A stretch of 64,000 bases of DNA from NCBI GenBank assembly GCA_964187785.1, contig OZ076409.1:59274001-59338000 (forward strand), read 5' to 3'. Made by a program: the position numbers and the translations under genes. This document shows, in pieces, positions 1-12,485 of this stretch. Source of the DNA: Amphiscolops sp. MND2022 (taxonomy: Eukaryota). Positions within the stretch are counted from its first letter, which is position 1; each line of letters opens with the position of its first letter. Below the pieces are notes generated by a model. It was not told the DNA's origin and did no database searches. It saw only the letters and a program-made list of their open reading frames with translations.

Positions 1-1802
1 CTGATTATATTCTTATTTGGCCAGACAGAATTTCGAACGTTTTACTGTTTATTTTAATATTGTTTTGCTTTCTAAAGGACCGTTGGTAGTATATAAATGG
101 GCTCATTTTGGAAACCGTTTGGATCCATGTTCAATTCATGTGTTTGAATTTGCAAAAAATGGTATTCCATCCATTTTTTTAGAAAATTATTTTTTCTGGA
201 AATTTGTTTTGGAAATTCACGAAGTTTAGAAAGTTTAGGTTATAAAGGATTAAGAGCTTAACAACCAACTCTTTTGAGATCCTGCGTCAACATAACTGCC
301 TGTCTGCTGATTGTGGAATCTGCAAATTACTATTGTAAAGCCTATCTTCGCGACTCTGTTAATTTCTTTCCAGTCAACGCTGCAATGCAATAATGTATAT
401 CAACAGAAAATCTATCTGGAAAACGAGCTGCTTGGTTTTCTGTTGACCTAGTTGCTTTGGGTAGATAGAAGTGTTGTACATCTATTTTTGTGTCATTCAC
501 ATTGTTTTCCCGTTTTAATTTTTTTGTGAAAATAGTTGAACATATTTTTGGGAGAAAAGTATTGTTAGCTAGATTACTTTTTGAAAATTCCAAATCACTT
601 TCAACTTTTTCTGTCCTTCTAGAAACTTGATCACTGTTTGTCATGAAATGAACGAGTAATCGTCGGAATGCAGGAAAAATATTGCATTTCATGTTAGAAG
701 CTTCGAAAATTTGTTCGTTTTGTTTTTGTTCGAGTTTTTATCCAATCAATCAAGATGTACTGCACTTCACAAGTTGGTATGGTGAAGGTATGTCGTGTTT
801 TGTGTATATTAGGCTGACTCAACTTGCAAGAGGGTTGAAACTCTGTGGATTCGGAGCTGAGACTTTCACAGAGTGGTGATTGGGGGACACTAAAATAGAA
901 TCATTTAACCAACAGTGCAATAATAACTTAGAGAAGAGAGAATGATGAGAGAGTTCAGTACAAATCAAACGTGATCATCGTCAAGTATATTTGTTGTAAC
1001 AGATTTTGTGAATAGTAGTTTTGGACAAGAGTAACACTGTTTTCATTTGAGTGGAGGATAAGCTGATTGCGCCCCGCAGTTTCTATGTTTAGACTTTCCA
1101 GGACTTTTAGTCGGGGCTTTTCCAGGTGTTACGTTATTACAAAAAGGTCCTCTTTTTTTAGAGATATGTTCTTTTTTTTTCAAATGAGCGCATATTTGTC
1201 CAGGGTCTCCATTTTAAAACATTTTGGGGTTAAGAAACTTATACTCTGCATTTTCTAATCTAAAGGGTTTTTATTTGGAGGGGGTTTCTACCAAAATGTT
1301 CATTTTGCGGGGCTTTCCTCAGAAGGCGGGTTCTAAAGCTATTCTTTGGTATGTTCCAGTTACGACGGTTTTACCACTACCAATTGGCCAATTTCCTGTT
1401 TATTGATCTGCATTCGAATTTCTTCGAAATTCTCCTTTAAACTGTCACCTTTCGACAAATTTGATATCCGGTTTGAACATGCAACATCCATCAAGACCTA
1501 ATTGTCGACTCAATTTGTTAGCCAATTTTGATTGGCTACTCCAAGTCTTTGTCTACTCTTTTGAATTCTCGAAGCAGCAAGTCAGCGCTTTCATTGAGAT
1601 GAAGCGAACGACCGTTAACTGTTCGTACGCCATAAGATGAAGTTCGTACACCGAGAGCTCAATATACGAATGCCAAACGTCATACGAATGCGAACTTAGT
1701 AATTGTCAGGGACCGTAAAAAAAGTAAAAACATTTGCTAAAAAACACTTTTTTAAGTAAAAAATTTCGCGAAAAAGGTAAGAAAAATTTTCTGGATGAAT
1801 CT

Positions 1803-2560
1803 TCAATTTATTCGCATGAACAAATGCTTATAAATCGTCTCACTTTTTATGTTTGTACAGTTATCCAACTTGGATTTTAGAATACTAAGCAAACGTTCAA
1901 CTGCACAAGATGTCAACGGACCATATAAAAATACAGCACAATTGTCCCGGATACAATTCAGGTCCGGGTTTTTTGCAAGAACAGATTTCCATTTTTCAAG
2001 TGCCGAAGTCCCATCTAAAGCTTCTGCGGACTTGATCAGTTTTTGCACATGACGAAGTCAATGTGCATTGCAGTCCAGCTAAGTAAGTTTTTTTCCACTA
2101 TAGTCAACTTCATAACGAGCGGCTTTTAGAAAAACCCCAAAACCCCAGAGAGATTCGAACCTGCAGCCTCCCGATTGCACGGCATAAGTGTTGACCACTG
2201 TGCCATGGGGACGTTATTGAACAAAGTTGAACTGTTGAATATATACGCATGCGATTAAAATAATATATATACGCATATTAAAATAATCGATGTCTTCGTC
2301 ATGTGTTGCGAATCACCGCTTCGCCTCTGTGTTCAAATTGAGCCAAGACAGTTGACCCAGTTGCTTGAAGTTCAATCTGAATCTGCAGAGCCTGCTGATA
2401 AGCCATTAACTGTAGGTTCTCTGCCTGAAAAGCCTCTCTCACGTTTTGAACAATGAGTCCATCTTCTTCCAAATCAATAACCCAATCTCGAATGGCTCCA
2501 ATGTTCTTAGCAATATAAATTCCACTTCGCATCCAAATACCCTACCTGGCAAGTTTTTTT
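1803..2560 (-). mobile_element. Degenerate hAT-superfamily (CGGBP1-like) transposase fragment, C-terminal part, interrupted by a segment carrying a tRNA-like sequence
   Basis: ORF 1803-2048 contains 'LYGPLTSCAVERLLS' (hAT dimerisation-domain motif). ORF 2299-2532 'MRSGIYIAKN...' resembles the 'W..A.YYA.N' region of these transposases. Reading frame is broken. Confidence 0.6.
2143..2212 (-). ncRNA. tRNA-derived Pol III cassette / pseudo-tRNA
   Basis: Minus strand reads GTCCCCATGGCACAGTGG (A box)...GGTTCGAATC (B box)TCTCTGGGG, followed by T runs. Cloverleaf is imperfect. Confidence 0.65.
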
Positions 2561-2699
2561 CCAGTCCCCCTGAAACGTCCACTTTTGTAAATTTTAAATG
2601 GATTTCATGTATTTAGAATGAAAGAGGTCCCGCCTTTTTGCCTATCAGTTAGCGGGAATTTCCCGGCCTGATGACAGGGTCTGAGAAACAGTTGTAAGT

Positions 2700-3170
2700 G
2701 GGTTCAACCCTTTGGTGTTTTTGATGAATTTCGTCACTATGCGATTTTTCGTCACTATGCGACCTTTTCTCTTTTCTACCGAAGCCTCCGATTTCTAGCT
2801 GAAATGAAGCGTTTTGCGAGCATAGATGTTTTTCGCCCCTGAATATTTTTCTGCGCTATGTGATTTATGGAAGAATTTTTTTAAAAAATCCTGTAAGTTT
2901 TTTTCCGCCAAGTTTTTGGTTTTTTGAGGTTATCTGTGAGAAAAACCATTTTCCGAGTCCTAAGCGATACCTCCGGTTATTTTTTTGGTCATGTGGGACT
3001 GGTGAGAGTTTTCTCAACAATTCTGTTTGAAACCTACTGTTTTTTTGGGCACTATGCTACCTTTTTTCGAATAACATTTTGTTGGTCAAAGGTACCCCTT
3101 CGCGAGCTAGGGAAAAGCGGTTTTCGAGTCTTAAACTTTCCTTAATAGTGCCCCGTTCCCGGCTTGTTTT
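2700..3170 (+). mobile_element. Degraded copy of non-autonomous Helentron-like family 1
   Basis: Family modules (tttcgtcactatgcga, ttttccgagtc) and 3' end 'ccgttcccggcttgtt'. The 5' boundary is approximate. Confidence 0.55.
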
Positions 3171-3659
3171 CATTGAACATCAACGTTATTGGTTATTGCA
3201 GCCTGAAAGAAATATTTTCTGTGCCCCGACAGGGGCCTATCTTCCAATTTCCAAAAAATTCAAGTGGTAGTTAATTGAAGGGCTCATTTCGTACAAAGGG
3301 ATTTAAAGAAGTTGCTCGTAAAAACTGCGGAGTCTGAATGTTTTTTTTCCTTCTGCGAATATTGAAAGAAACCTTGCGTACTGAAGCCACGAAGCTGTAA
3401 TGGAGCAATGTGTTGGAGCCCACGTTGTAGGGCGCAAAGTCAGCTGTACATTGTAAAAAAAGTGTCAATTACGCTGCAAGATGTATCAAAACAAACATAG
3501 AATACCAACAAGCGTGGAATACTTTATAAAATAGATCAGCGTAACAGAAACTTTATTGATCTTGCAGCAAAATTTGATCTAGCAAGGCCTGAGTGTCGAA
3601 TAAAGTAAAATTTAGACAACCTGCCTTCTACAACTACAGACAAATGATTCTATCAAGTC

Positions 3660-4350
3660 GGTGTGTCGTTTGAGTGCTCCGTAGCCACAAAAACATTGAA
3701 CTGAACTTTTCAGAGTAGGTGACTGAGTTTCCTCACTCATCGCCTCTTGACTTTTTTGCTTCGTTGGTGTTGCTTCTTCCGTGGTAACAAGAAGCTTAAA
3801 CGATCTTTAAATGATGCGTGGTTTGTAATTCAATATTTTCTGTGCTTCATGATCGTCGTATGCTGTTTCTATCTCTCTCAGAATTGATTGCGCGTTCGGT
3901 TTGAACACTTACTTGAAAGGGCTGTTCCATTGGCAGCTAGTTTTAATATCTAATGTGGCCTTAACTTATGTTATAGTTGGTTCGGTGTCGAAAGACTCGC
4001 CTTCTAACGGCTCTAGTTTTGTTTCAACTTGGACACCGTAGCAGACATTTTTCATGAGATTTGCGAATAATTCGCGCATTTCTTTGCTGCTCATGTATTT
4101 ATAACCGCTTCTGACAATGCAAAGCGTGCGAGAAAGTAAAAAGTTGCAGGGATGCCGGGATGTTTTTGGTTCCCATCCGTGTCTAAATACAAGACCTCGT
4201 AATTCTGTCTTTGTTAAAATGAGGGCGCATTGCTGAATTGGTAGGGCGTTCAGCCAGCTGAAAGCTTCTTCGGATGCTGTTCCCAAAGCGTAGTTCAAAT
4301 CAGCAGTGATGTTTTCTCGCCCACGTTTTACCTTGAAAATTATCAAAGTG
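3660..4350 (-). mobile_element. CRE-clade-like non-LTR retrotransposon remnant (C-terminal zinc knuckle / restriction-like endonuclease region)
   Basis: 'AFSWLNALPI...RHGWEP', 'RELFANLMKNVCYGVQVETKLEPLEGESF', then out of frame 'ATLDIK...W', 'VFKPNAQS', 'YDDHEAQK'. These match the motif order of CRE-like elements. Frameshifts and stops present. Confidence 0.65.
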
Positions 4351-5373
4351 AATGGTTGTTAACTAAATGCCAGAAAAAACTTCGGTGCAGCCTGATTTAT
4401 CAGTAAATACATCACTAATTCAACTTTTTACTCTTCTGTTTCTTGTGTATCCGTACGCATTTTCAATGGTTCATTGTATCAGTCTCTGTTATTACCATGC
4501 ATTGAAGTTTAACATCCTAGGAACACTTGACTTGGCGGATAATATCAACCCTTTTTTCAATTTCCGTAATTGTGGAATGTCTGCAAATGGGACTTCACTA
4601 TGAATTGACAAAGTATTCTTAGCAATTTTTAGTCGGCGCTTTTTTCGCCTTTTTAGCCGACTATAGCAATTGTTTTTTTGAAGATCCGCGAACTGGCAGA
4701 TTTCTATCATCACATCTGCTTATAATAGAAACTTAGTTACCGTAGTAACTCCTAACTGGCAGATAAAGTAGAGGGAAAACCAAAAACTCCCCCTTTGATG
4801 TTTTTCGGCACTGTACCACTTTTTGATTTTTTAACCGATGCCCCTCTTCAATTTTCAGCAAAAATAAATCGTTTAGGATAATAGAGGGCCCTCATAAAGT
4901 TTTTCGGCACAATGCAATTTACCGAAGAATTTAGAAATAAATTTCTAAATTTTCGAAAAATAAATTTTTTGAAATGCTTTCTCCACAAATTTTGGTTTTT
5001 GAGGTTTCTGTAAGGAGAACCCTTTTCCGAGTCCTCAATGTGACCTCTTAGCTTTTTGAGTTAAAGGGTGCCCCCTTCACTTTCACGAATGTTTTCGACG
5101 TTTAAATTATCAAAAAATTGTATTTTGATGTTTCCAGATGGGAAAAGCGGTTTTCTTATGGGTATCCTTTCGGGGATCTTCCTGCAATGTAAACTCGATG
5201 AAATTTCCAGATAGTTTCTCTTTGTGTATTTTAAAAACGTGGTCTTTTTAGACGGCGATATTGAAGAAACGTGTCCGACTCTCAAAGTGGGTAGGTTTCC
5301 CAGTCAACCAGTGCGCTATTTCCGAATTTTGTTTTTTTTTTAAAAAAAAGACAGTCGTTTTCTCGGCAGTTTT

Positions 5374-5848
5374 TATCTCATCTCTGTCTGTCACGGCTCG
5401 GGTAGACGAAAACAGGAGTTCAAAATGAATAACTCTTTTGAGATTCGGGTTGTAAGGATGAATGATTGAATAGACGAACACTGTATGACAATGTTTTTAC
5501 AACCTTGCTTTCATACAATTTTTGTCCCGAATAATACATGTGAAAACAAAATAGAGACATTATTGTGCAATGTTTACAAATACGTTAATTAATTGAATGA
5601 AAGGCATACAGAGGACAGAAGGACAAATTACATAACATGCGAGGCGCAAAACCGAAAAATGGGTGTTTCCGGAAGCAGCCCCGGCGAGGATCGAACCCCA
5701 TCGACACGCTCGGTAGGCACCGATTCTACCACTGCGCCATGGTAGCTTATAAAATAGTACATTTTGCGTGTACACTATTCAGTTCAATGTGCATGTAATA
5801 TTGTATTATTGTGAAAGGTTTTCGATTGTTGACAATTAATTGTCAACA
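5374..5848 (-). repeat. 3' LTR of the BEL/Pao element (~475 bp)
   Basis: Aligns with 12486-12963. On the minus strand it starts TGTTGACA directly after the PPT and ends ...GAGATA. Confidence 0.9.
5675..5746 (-). ncRNA. tRNA-like Pol III cassette inside the LTR
   Basis: GCTACCATGGCGCAGTGG (A box)...GGTTCGATCC (B box), upstream TTATAA, downstream TTTTT. Acceptor stem is poor, so probably not a functional tRNA. Confidence 0.7.
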
Positions 5849-5860
5849 TCCTTCGCCCCG
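5849..5860 (-). promoter_or_regulatory. Polypurine tract of the BEL/Pao element
   Basis: Minus-strand CGGGGCGAAGGA immediately precedes the TG of the 3' LTR and follows the end of the integrase region. Confidence 0.8.
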
Positions 5861-5882
5861 GAAGAAGACAATTCGTACAGAG

Positions 5883-8800
5883 TTAGTTAGTACCTAGTTT
5901 GACTGATGGTCTCGTATAGCGGGCATTTTTAGTTTTAAAGTTCGCTGATCGCCCAATACCGTCCGGGCCGTAGTTGAGAGACTCAACTCTCGCAGTGGGG
6001 TAGTATCCTCGAGGATGGTCAGGACCCACAATCCATACCGAGTCGCCAGATTTCAAGTGATGACTGGAGTCGGAATGCCATTTACCACGTTGATTCATTG
6101 AAGGCACGTACTCTTTAAGCCAACGAGACTATATGGCGTTAGCATAAGCCTGGGCAAATCATAAGCAAATCTTTTTCGATGGTGAAAGTCATCAATGGAG
6201 GGCTTCATCGACGGTAAACATGAGCTAGGTCTACCAAGTAGAAAATGGTTTGTGCACAGCGCATCAAAGTCACGGAGTCGGAACTGACCGGCGTCAATGT
6301 GCGAGCGTTGAGGGTTTGTTCTACTAGGCAGATTGTAGTGACTAGAACATCTTCAGTAACTGTTTGATTTCCTGGGATTGCGAAAAACAACGCGCGCTTG
6401 CAACTCCTGACGAGCCATTCCCCAGATTCTCCTTGATGAGGTGTTGCCGGTGAGTTGAATTTCCATGTTATTCTCTTGTGAACAAGTATGGCAGGAACTT
6501 GTTTGTTCCAGTTTTTATTAGATGCAAAGAGTCCGCGCCCACAAAATTTGTACCATTATCCGACCAAATTAGTGACGGTGTACCGCGTCGCGCTATGAAG
6601 CTTTCGATACACATTACACATGCACTTGTGTCCAACGAGGAAACTATTTTGAGATGCACAGCACGTGTGGTCGGACAAGTGAACAGAAATGCCCATCATT
6701 TCTCAGAAGACCGATTCTATTTCCTAAAGAATGGAACGAAATAATCGACACCCGTCATCGTGAATCGCGGAGATTGAAATGCTAATCTCTCAGGGGCAAA
6801 TCTGCTTGCATTGGAGTCAATGTTTGCGCTTTACGTTTCCTACACACGAGACTATTTGTTTCGATCTTGCGAAGGAATAGACGTAGTTTCAAGACTGCAA
6901 AACGTTGCTGTGTTTGACATCTCATGAAGTCAAGTCCTTGGTGATGATTCATCTCATGTAGACTTTTAAGCAACATGGAGACGATAGGATGGGGACCATC
7001 CAAGGTTATTGGGTGCTTTGTGTCAAACTTCATTGTCAAGTCGCTTCGTACGACCAGTGGATCGCATCCGTCCACCAGGTCCAATGAATGGTGTGAATGG
7101 TGAAAAAGATCGAATCCTGCTAGTTTGCGATGGCTTTTCCAGCAAAGACTTTTGTATTCTTCACTGAACTATTCTTTCTGCGAAAGAAAAAGCAATTTTT
7201 CTTCAGCCCTGATTCATCTCCAATGCGTCAGTGATTTGCTGTTGAGTTCAGAAATGGCGGTGGTTCGGTAGAAGACGTAAAATTTAAGCCATTATTCGAA
7301 GTAATTTTGCGTAGCCGTTCAACTTCGACCAATTAAACAATGGTTTCGATTCTTTACTAATAGCGAAAGAGCGAAAGACCCAAGAACTTGCTGTTCAACA
7401 TTCTTTTTCTTGATATTTTGCAAGACAGTAGTATCAACTTGGAAATGAAAATCTGGTGTTCACAGGAATCCGGGTCCGTTTAACCAACTGCTAACTTTCA
7501 GCGCATCGGCGGAAAGACCTCATGTGCCTGCATCAGCGGGATTATCGGAGGTGACAATGTAATTCCACTGATCCACTGTGGTTAGCTCCAACATTTCGCT
7601 GACACGATATGCTACAAACATTGGTTCTGTATCCAATACCACTGTTCTTTATTTAACCACTGCAGCACCATTGTACTGTCAGTCCATAAGTACGTCTTCT
7701 CAACCGCTGAAGTAAGCGCTGAATGAATTTCGTTGGACAACCGAGCAGCTAGTAGCGCGGCTTGTAGCTCTAGCTTCGCAACTGTCAATGTGTTCATTGG
7801 GGCAACCCGTGCCTTACCTAAGATGAAGACCAAATGGGTCGGAGTCTCATTCAGATCCGATGGTTGTCCACGGAGGAGAGCAACTGCGCTAAACACTTTC
7901 TGTTAACTATCACCGAATACGTGAAATTCGATTCTGCCCACTGTCGTGGGGAAGAAGCTACGTGAAATGATTGTCTACAAGTTTCGGTAGGTCGAATGTG
8001 TCCATTCAGTTATCTTTCCAGCAGTCTCCTCTGGGAGCTCGTTGTCCCACTCTTGGTCGGACAAACGCCAGAGTTCGTTCAGTGGCAGACGATCTTTAAA
8101 TGTAAATGGTGCTATCAGGCCTAGAGGATCGAAAACTGAAGCAACCAAACAGGACCGACCTTTGTGTCAAGGGTGTTGGGGGGGTCGACTGGTTCCTCGT
8201 TTTGCTTCTCGTTTGGCTCAGTGTTTCCATTCAACTCATCAGCGAGCTCATTGACATTACAAACAAACTTTGTCAGTTTGAATTCTCCCTTACTCAATAA
8301 CAATTTCAGGGCTTGGGAAAGTTTCAACAATTCTTGCGGCGTTTTTAATGAATCCAGATAATCATCCATGTAGAGTTTCTCTTTCACTGCAAGAGCTTCG
8401 TCACGGACGCTGTGCTACGTAACGCGTAATTAGCTTACGTTGGAGAATCTTTTGACCCGATAATATGCCGTGTGTACTGTTAAACAACAATTTTATTGCT
8501 GGAGGCCTTCCGCCACAAAAGCTTGCCGGATGGTTGGTCGGCCGGTAGGACGCCGACTTGCAGAAACATTGCCTCAATGTCTGCTGATACGGCGAAAGGC
8601 AATTCTCGAAAACGGATCAAAACGTGTAAAAGGTTCTGGAATAGGTCTGGACCAGTTAATAAGGCACTGTTCAAAGATTGTTTCTGACACCTTGAAGCTC
8701 CGTTCAGGACTCGTCGTACCTTCTCTGGTTTATACGGAGATACCCTCGGATGATGAAAGAGATACCACTCACGAGTTGTACTATTGGCCGGGTCGTAAGA

Positions 8801-10580
8801 GGGCACTTTAATGATAAAGCCATTAGCGGGATCATCAATTGCTTTCTGATACTTTTCTTTCAGTATCACGTTTCTCAACGCGTTTCTCGAGCGACGTGAG
8901 CTGTACTAATGCGGCAATGTAGTTGTCGGGAAGGGGCTCTTCGGTTGCCCACAACATTCCAACTTGGTAGCGTTCTCCATCATGGAACGTGGTTTCTTTT
9001 AAAATCTTGATGGCTCGGCTCTCAGCAGCTGATCGGGAATCAATTTGCTTGAATGCCCCAAAAGATTCAATGTCGTACCAAGCACGGATTTGTTCTGTCA
9101 AAATTTCAGTTTCCACATTAGCCTTGAAGCAGGTCGAGAGCATACAGGTTAATGTTGGAAGCGGACCAAGCATGCATTCCAACGGCAAACGAACGGCTAT
9201 TGGCGAGTTTTTCGATTCGGCTTCCAAGTACTCTAACGGATGAATGGCTGCGAAAGCGTCCTGACCAAGAACAGCTCATCAGCTTAGCTGTATGGCTCCG
9301 ATGTCAATGGCGCGAGATGTGGATAACAACGTTGAAGAGCTGGTACATCAATGACGTCAGATCCGACATTGATCCTTTGTTTCACATAAGGCTTCAATGT
9401 ATAAGCTTCATTGTCCTCACCTGAAAGACTGGACACTTTCAATTCAACTGTTTCGGTTTTAACTTTTTCTTGTGCGTTGATCCCGGCAAAATTTCCGCTC
9501 GAATGTTCTGAGCGCTTCCTGGTACATGCTTCCACTATAGGCGAGGTGGGCGATAACGGTTTCCGCTTTGCCTGTAACTAATGTTTTCAGGTAAGTTAAC
9601 TTTACATCAGCACTAAGAGGAGCGGAGTCAGCAGCCGACCTGAATTAGCCGAACCATTGGTGCCATTGTAGGGGATTTCCGTCGAATGACTCCAATTTCC
9701 ACTCGGGTAGTGGATCTTTCCTACTAATTGTTAATGCTGTGCTAAATCACTGATCGTTACAGGGGCACCCAATTGTACTGACCTCACAGACAAACGAGAT
9801 GAGACCGCATTCGGTTGAACAGGAGGAATGGAAGACAAGACCGATTCATAGTCTGTAACAGCTTGGGATGTAGGTGGCAGATCAACGGGGTTAAAGACTG
9901 TCCCGTGCCCATTGACTTGTTACAGATTCTCGTCGACCTTGTTGAGAACTGAGGGTTCTTAACTGATACGAGATGTGTTATTCGCCCATGCCTCGGGGCG
10001 ATTCTCCTCATCAGTCTCGCTGAGATCACAGTTGCTATTCATTCACTCGACTCGTTACTATTAGCTTCTATTTCCAATTCAAGTTCATGCATTTTTGATT
10101 GAGCTACCTTTTGCCGGTTCAATTTTTCAACTTCTTCAAGAGCCAATCTGTTTTCGTAGAGCTGCTTCATTTTGCCTCTCAACTTCACGGCGCATCTTCG
10201 CAAGAGCTAAATCTTTTTTGCGTTGACTTGAGGTTTTGGAAGCCGATGAAGCAATCTTGCTTGATTTTTTGGACAGAGCGCCGGACTGCTCCTTACCGTT
10301 CGATACACTACCGACATTTTCCAGGCTCTCTATGTACCTTCGGGCATCGCCAAGGAACACATGATTGAGTCTTGTGGTCACATCCAAACATTCTCATAGA
10401 GTTCTTTAGGTAGCTTTTCCTCCTCTTTGGTCTTTTTTGCCATTAGCAGCAGCTCGTTGTTTGTGGCATCATCTGCGGCGAAACACTCATTGCAGGTTTT
10501 CACTGCGTTCTCAACTTTTCTATCGTCTTCCAGTATCGCTGCCTCTAAGTCTTGTTGGGCTACCTTCAACTCACTTTCAA
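5883..10580 (-). pseudogene. BEL/Pao gag-pol polyprotein, fragmented
   Basis: Series of minus-strand ORF fragments (10378-10569, 10136-10387, 9284-9535, 8835-9227, 8480-8878, 8121-8387, 7612-7896, 6782-7084, 6468-6659, 6205-6390, 5883-6107) carrying Pao motifs in the canonical order. Confidence 0.9.
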
Positions 10581-11121
10581 GCTTTCATCTAACTTAAACG
10601 GTTTGAACACTTTTGCTTGAAGATCGAGAGACATGTTATTAGAGAAGTGAACTGATTATTCAAAATGAACTGAGTCGAAACGTGGGAAACTCGATGAAAA
10701 CGATCTCCGGTAGCTCGTGTATAACCCGGCAATGAAGCTAGGTCACCGACTAGCACGCGGAGCTCAATCGGATTCAAACGGCACAGGAAAAGACAGTGAT
10801 TCGTTGAAATTTGATACAAATGTACTATCGGTTAAATTTCGGAAATTATTGGAGCAGAGTAGAGAGATCTTGAGTGACACTAATATTTTAGCCTATAACG
10901 CGGAAATTAACTTGAGTCATTATCCAGCACAAAGGTGTCAAACGACGCAAGAACAAAAACGAAAAACTATGCAAAGATCAAAGTTACGAGGGCTGCGAAA
11001 GCATTCACAAAGGGACTCGCTCAGAAAACTTCGTAAAATCATGTCGAACGAGCAATTGTTGCTCAGTGCTAATCCATAACTAAAGAACTATCCTCAGACA
11101 CAGAAGAACACCAAGCAAGTT

Positions 11122-11726
11122 CTACTCAATTGCTTGCAGTCGGTTCCGCAAAGCTCGGCGACGACGTTTATTCAGTTTTTTGGGACGAATCTTGTGAATC
11201 AGCAAATCAAAGTTTTCACTGTGTTTGAAAACCAAAGTCAAAGTTTTTAGCTCAAGTTCTCGGAGCTGGTGCAACCACGAGTAATGTTTCTAGAGCTTTC
11301 GGTTTCAACCTTTTCTTTTAGAAATAAGGTCTTATAGAATGGGAACAGTCAACAGTTTTTTTAAACTGAAGAAAATGTCAGGAACACCTTCTCTTTTCCA
11401 ATATACTACGGCCTTGATTCGGCTGCCGTGGCCAACGAGAACGATTATTAACTGTTCCGGCGTCAAGGGGTTATTGTTATTGCTAGGGTGTTCACTGAGA
11501 GAATAATGATTACGTCGTGCCAGATAATCAGTTCACGTTTATGCTTGAAGCAAGTACTTTGCAAAAACTGACGTGTTTTTCTTTTATTCAAAGCGTTTGG
11601 GTTACAACTTAAACCAGGAAGAGCGAACACTTGGTCAGCGAGACGTTTCCGAGCTTTTTCACTCAAACTTTCTAAAGCGTGATGGAGTGAACGAACTGTA
11701 ACGTGTTCCCAATATGAACACCATAA
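11122..11726 (-). pseudogene. Extra ORF remnant (~200 aa) upstream of gag, possibly SGNH/GDSL-hydrolase fold
   Basis: Joining frames gives MVFILG..SLHHALESL...VFALPGLS.NPN...LIIWHDVI..SLSEHPSNNN.PL...KAVVYWKREGVPDIF...YSWLHQLRELELKTL...KKLNKRRRRALRNRL. Motif spacing resembles SGNH blocks I, II, III and V. Confidence 0.5.
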
Positions 11727-11734
11727 GTTTTGTC

Positions 11735-12256
11735 GCTGGTGCTTCAAGGAGAAATGAGTTTTTTTTTCAAAAAGGAGTCGAACCGACCTAAGATTGCTGT
11801 CCTCTGACGTTCTTGCACTTAAAGTTAATAGGCATTAAATGTTAAGGAATGAAGTGTTTAAAACGCAAATGAGTTTCTGTAGTTTTGAAAAAGCAACTTG
11901 GAGTTTTTGGAGTTTGCCGCTGGTGTTTCAAGGAGAAACGAGTTTTTTTTTCAAAAAGGAGTCGAACCGACCTAAGATTGTTGTCTTCTGACGTTCTTGC
12001 ACTTAAAGTTAATAGGCATTAAATGTTAAGGAATGAAGTGTTTAAAACGCAAATGAATTTCTGGAGTTTTGAAAAAGCAAATTGGAGTTTCTGGAGTTTG
12101 CCGCTGGTGTTTCAAGGAGGAACAAGTTTTTCAAAAAGGAGTCGAATCGACCTAAGATTGTTGTCCTCTGACGTTCTTGCACATAAAGTTATGAGGCCTT
12201 AAATGTTAAGGAATAAAGTGTTTTAAACACAAATAAGTTTCTGGAGTTTTGAAAAA
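11735..12256. repeat. Tandem repeat, ~183-bp unit, ~2.8 copies, in the 5' leader of the BEL/Pao element
   Basis: 'gctggtg.ttcaaggag...aaaaaggagtcgaa.cgacctaagattg' recurs at about 11735, 11919 and 12103. Confidence 0.9.
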
Positions 12257-12464
12257 TCACGGACAAGACTGAAAATCAAGAGTTGTTTTGACTTCCCTCT
12301 AAGATGGTGAGGACTTAGCTGTAGAACAAGGGTGAAGGTCGGGCTGTCGCTTGATCTAACAAGTTCCGGGGCATGGGTAACTAGGATTGAAGTTTCGGTA
12401 AGGAGCCAGGTTGGTCACTTATCAACCACGGGGGCAAAAGCAAAACTTGAATCATCCAGAAAAC

Positions 12465-12482
12465 TCCTGGGTCGCGGCACCA
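12465..12482 (-). promoter_or_regulatory. Primer-binding site (tRNA-His-like)
   Basis: TGGTGCCGCGACCCAGGA lies 3 nt after the 5' LTR end and resembles the complement of the tRNA-His 3' end. Confidence 0.8.
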
Positions 12483-12485
12483 AAA

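Noticed and set aside
2645..2700. Hammerhead-like CTGATGA-stem-GAAAC
   Set aside because: Extra base before GAAA and no convincing stem III or cleavage triplet.
10717..11079. 120-aa plus-strand ORF inside the BEL/Pao element
   Set aside because: Antisense to the element, no motif; likely chance.
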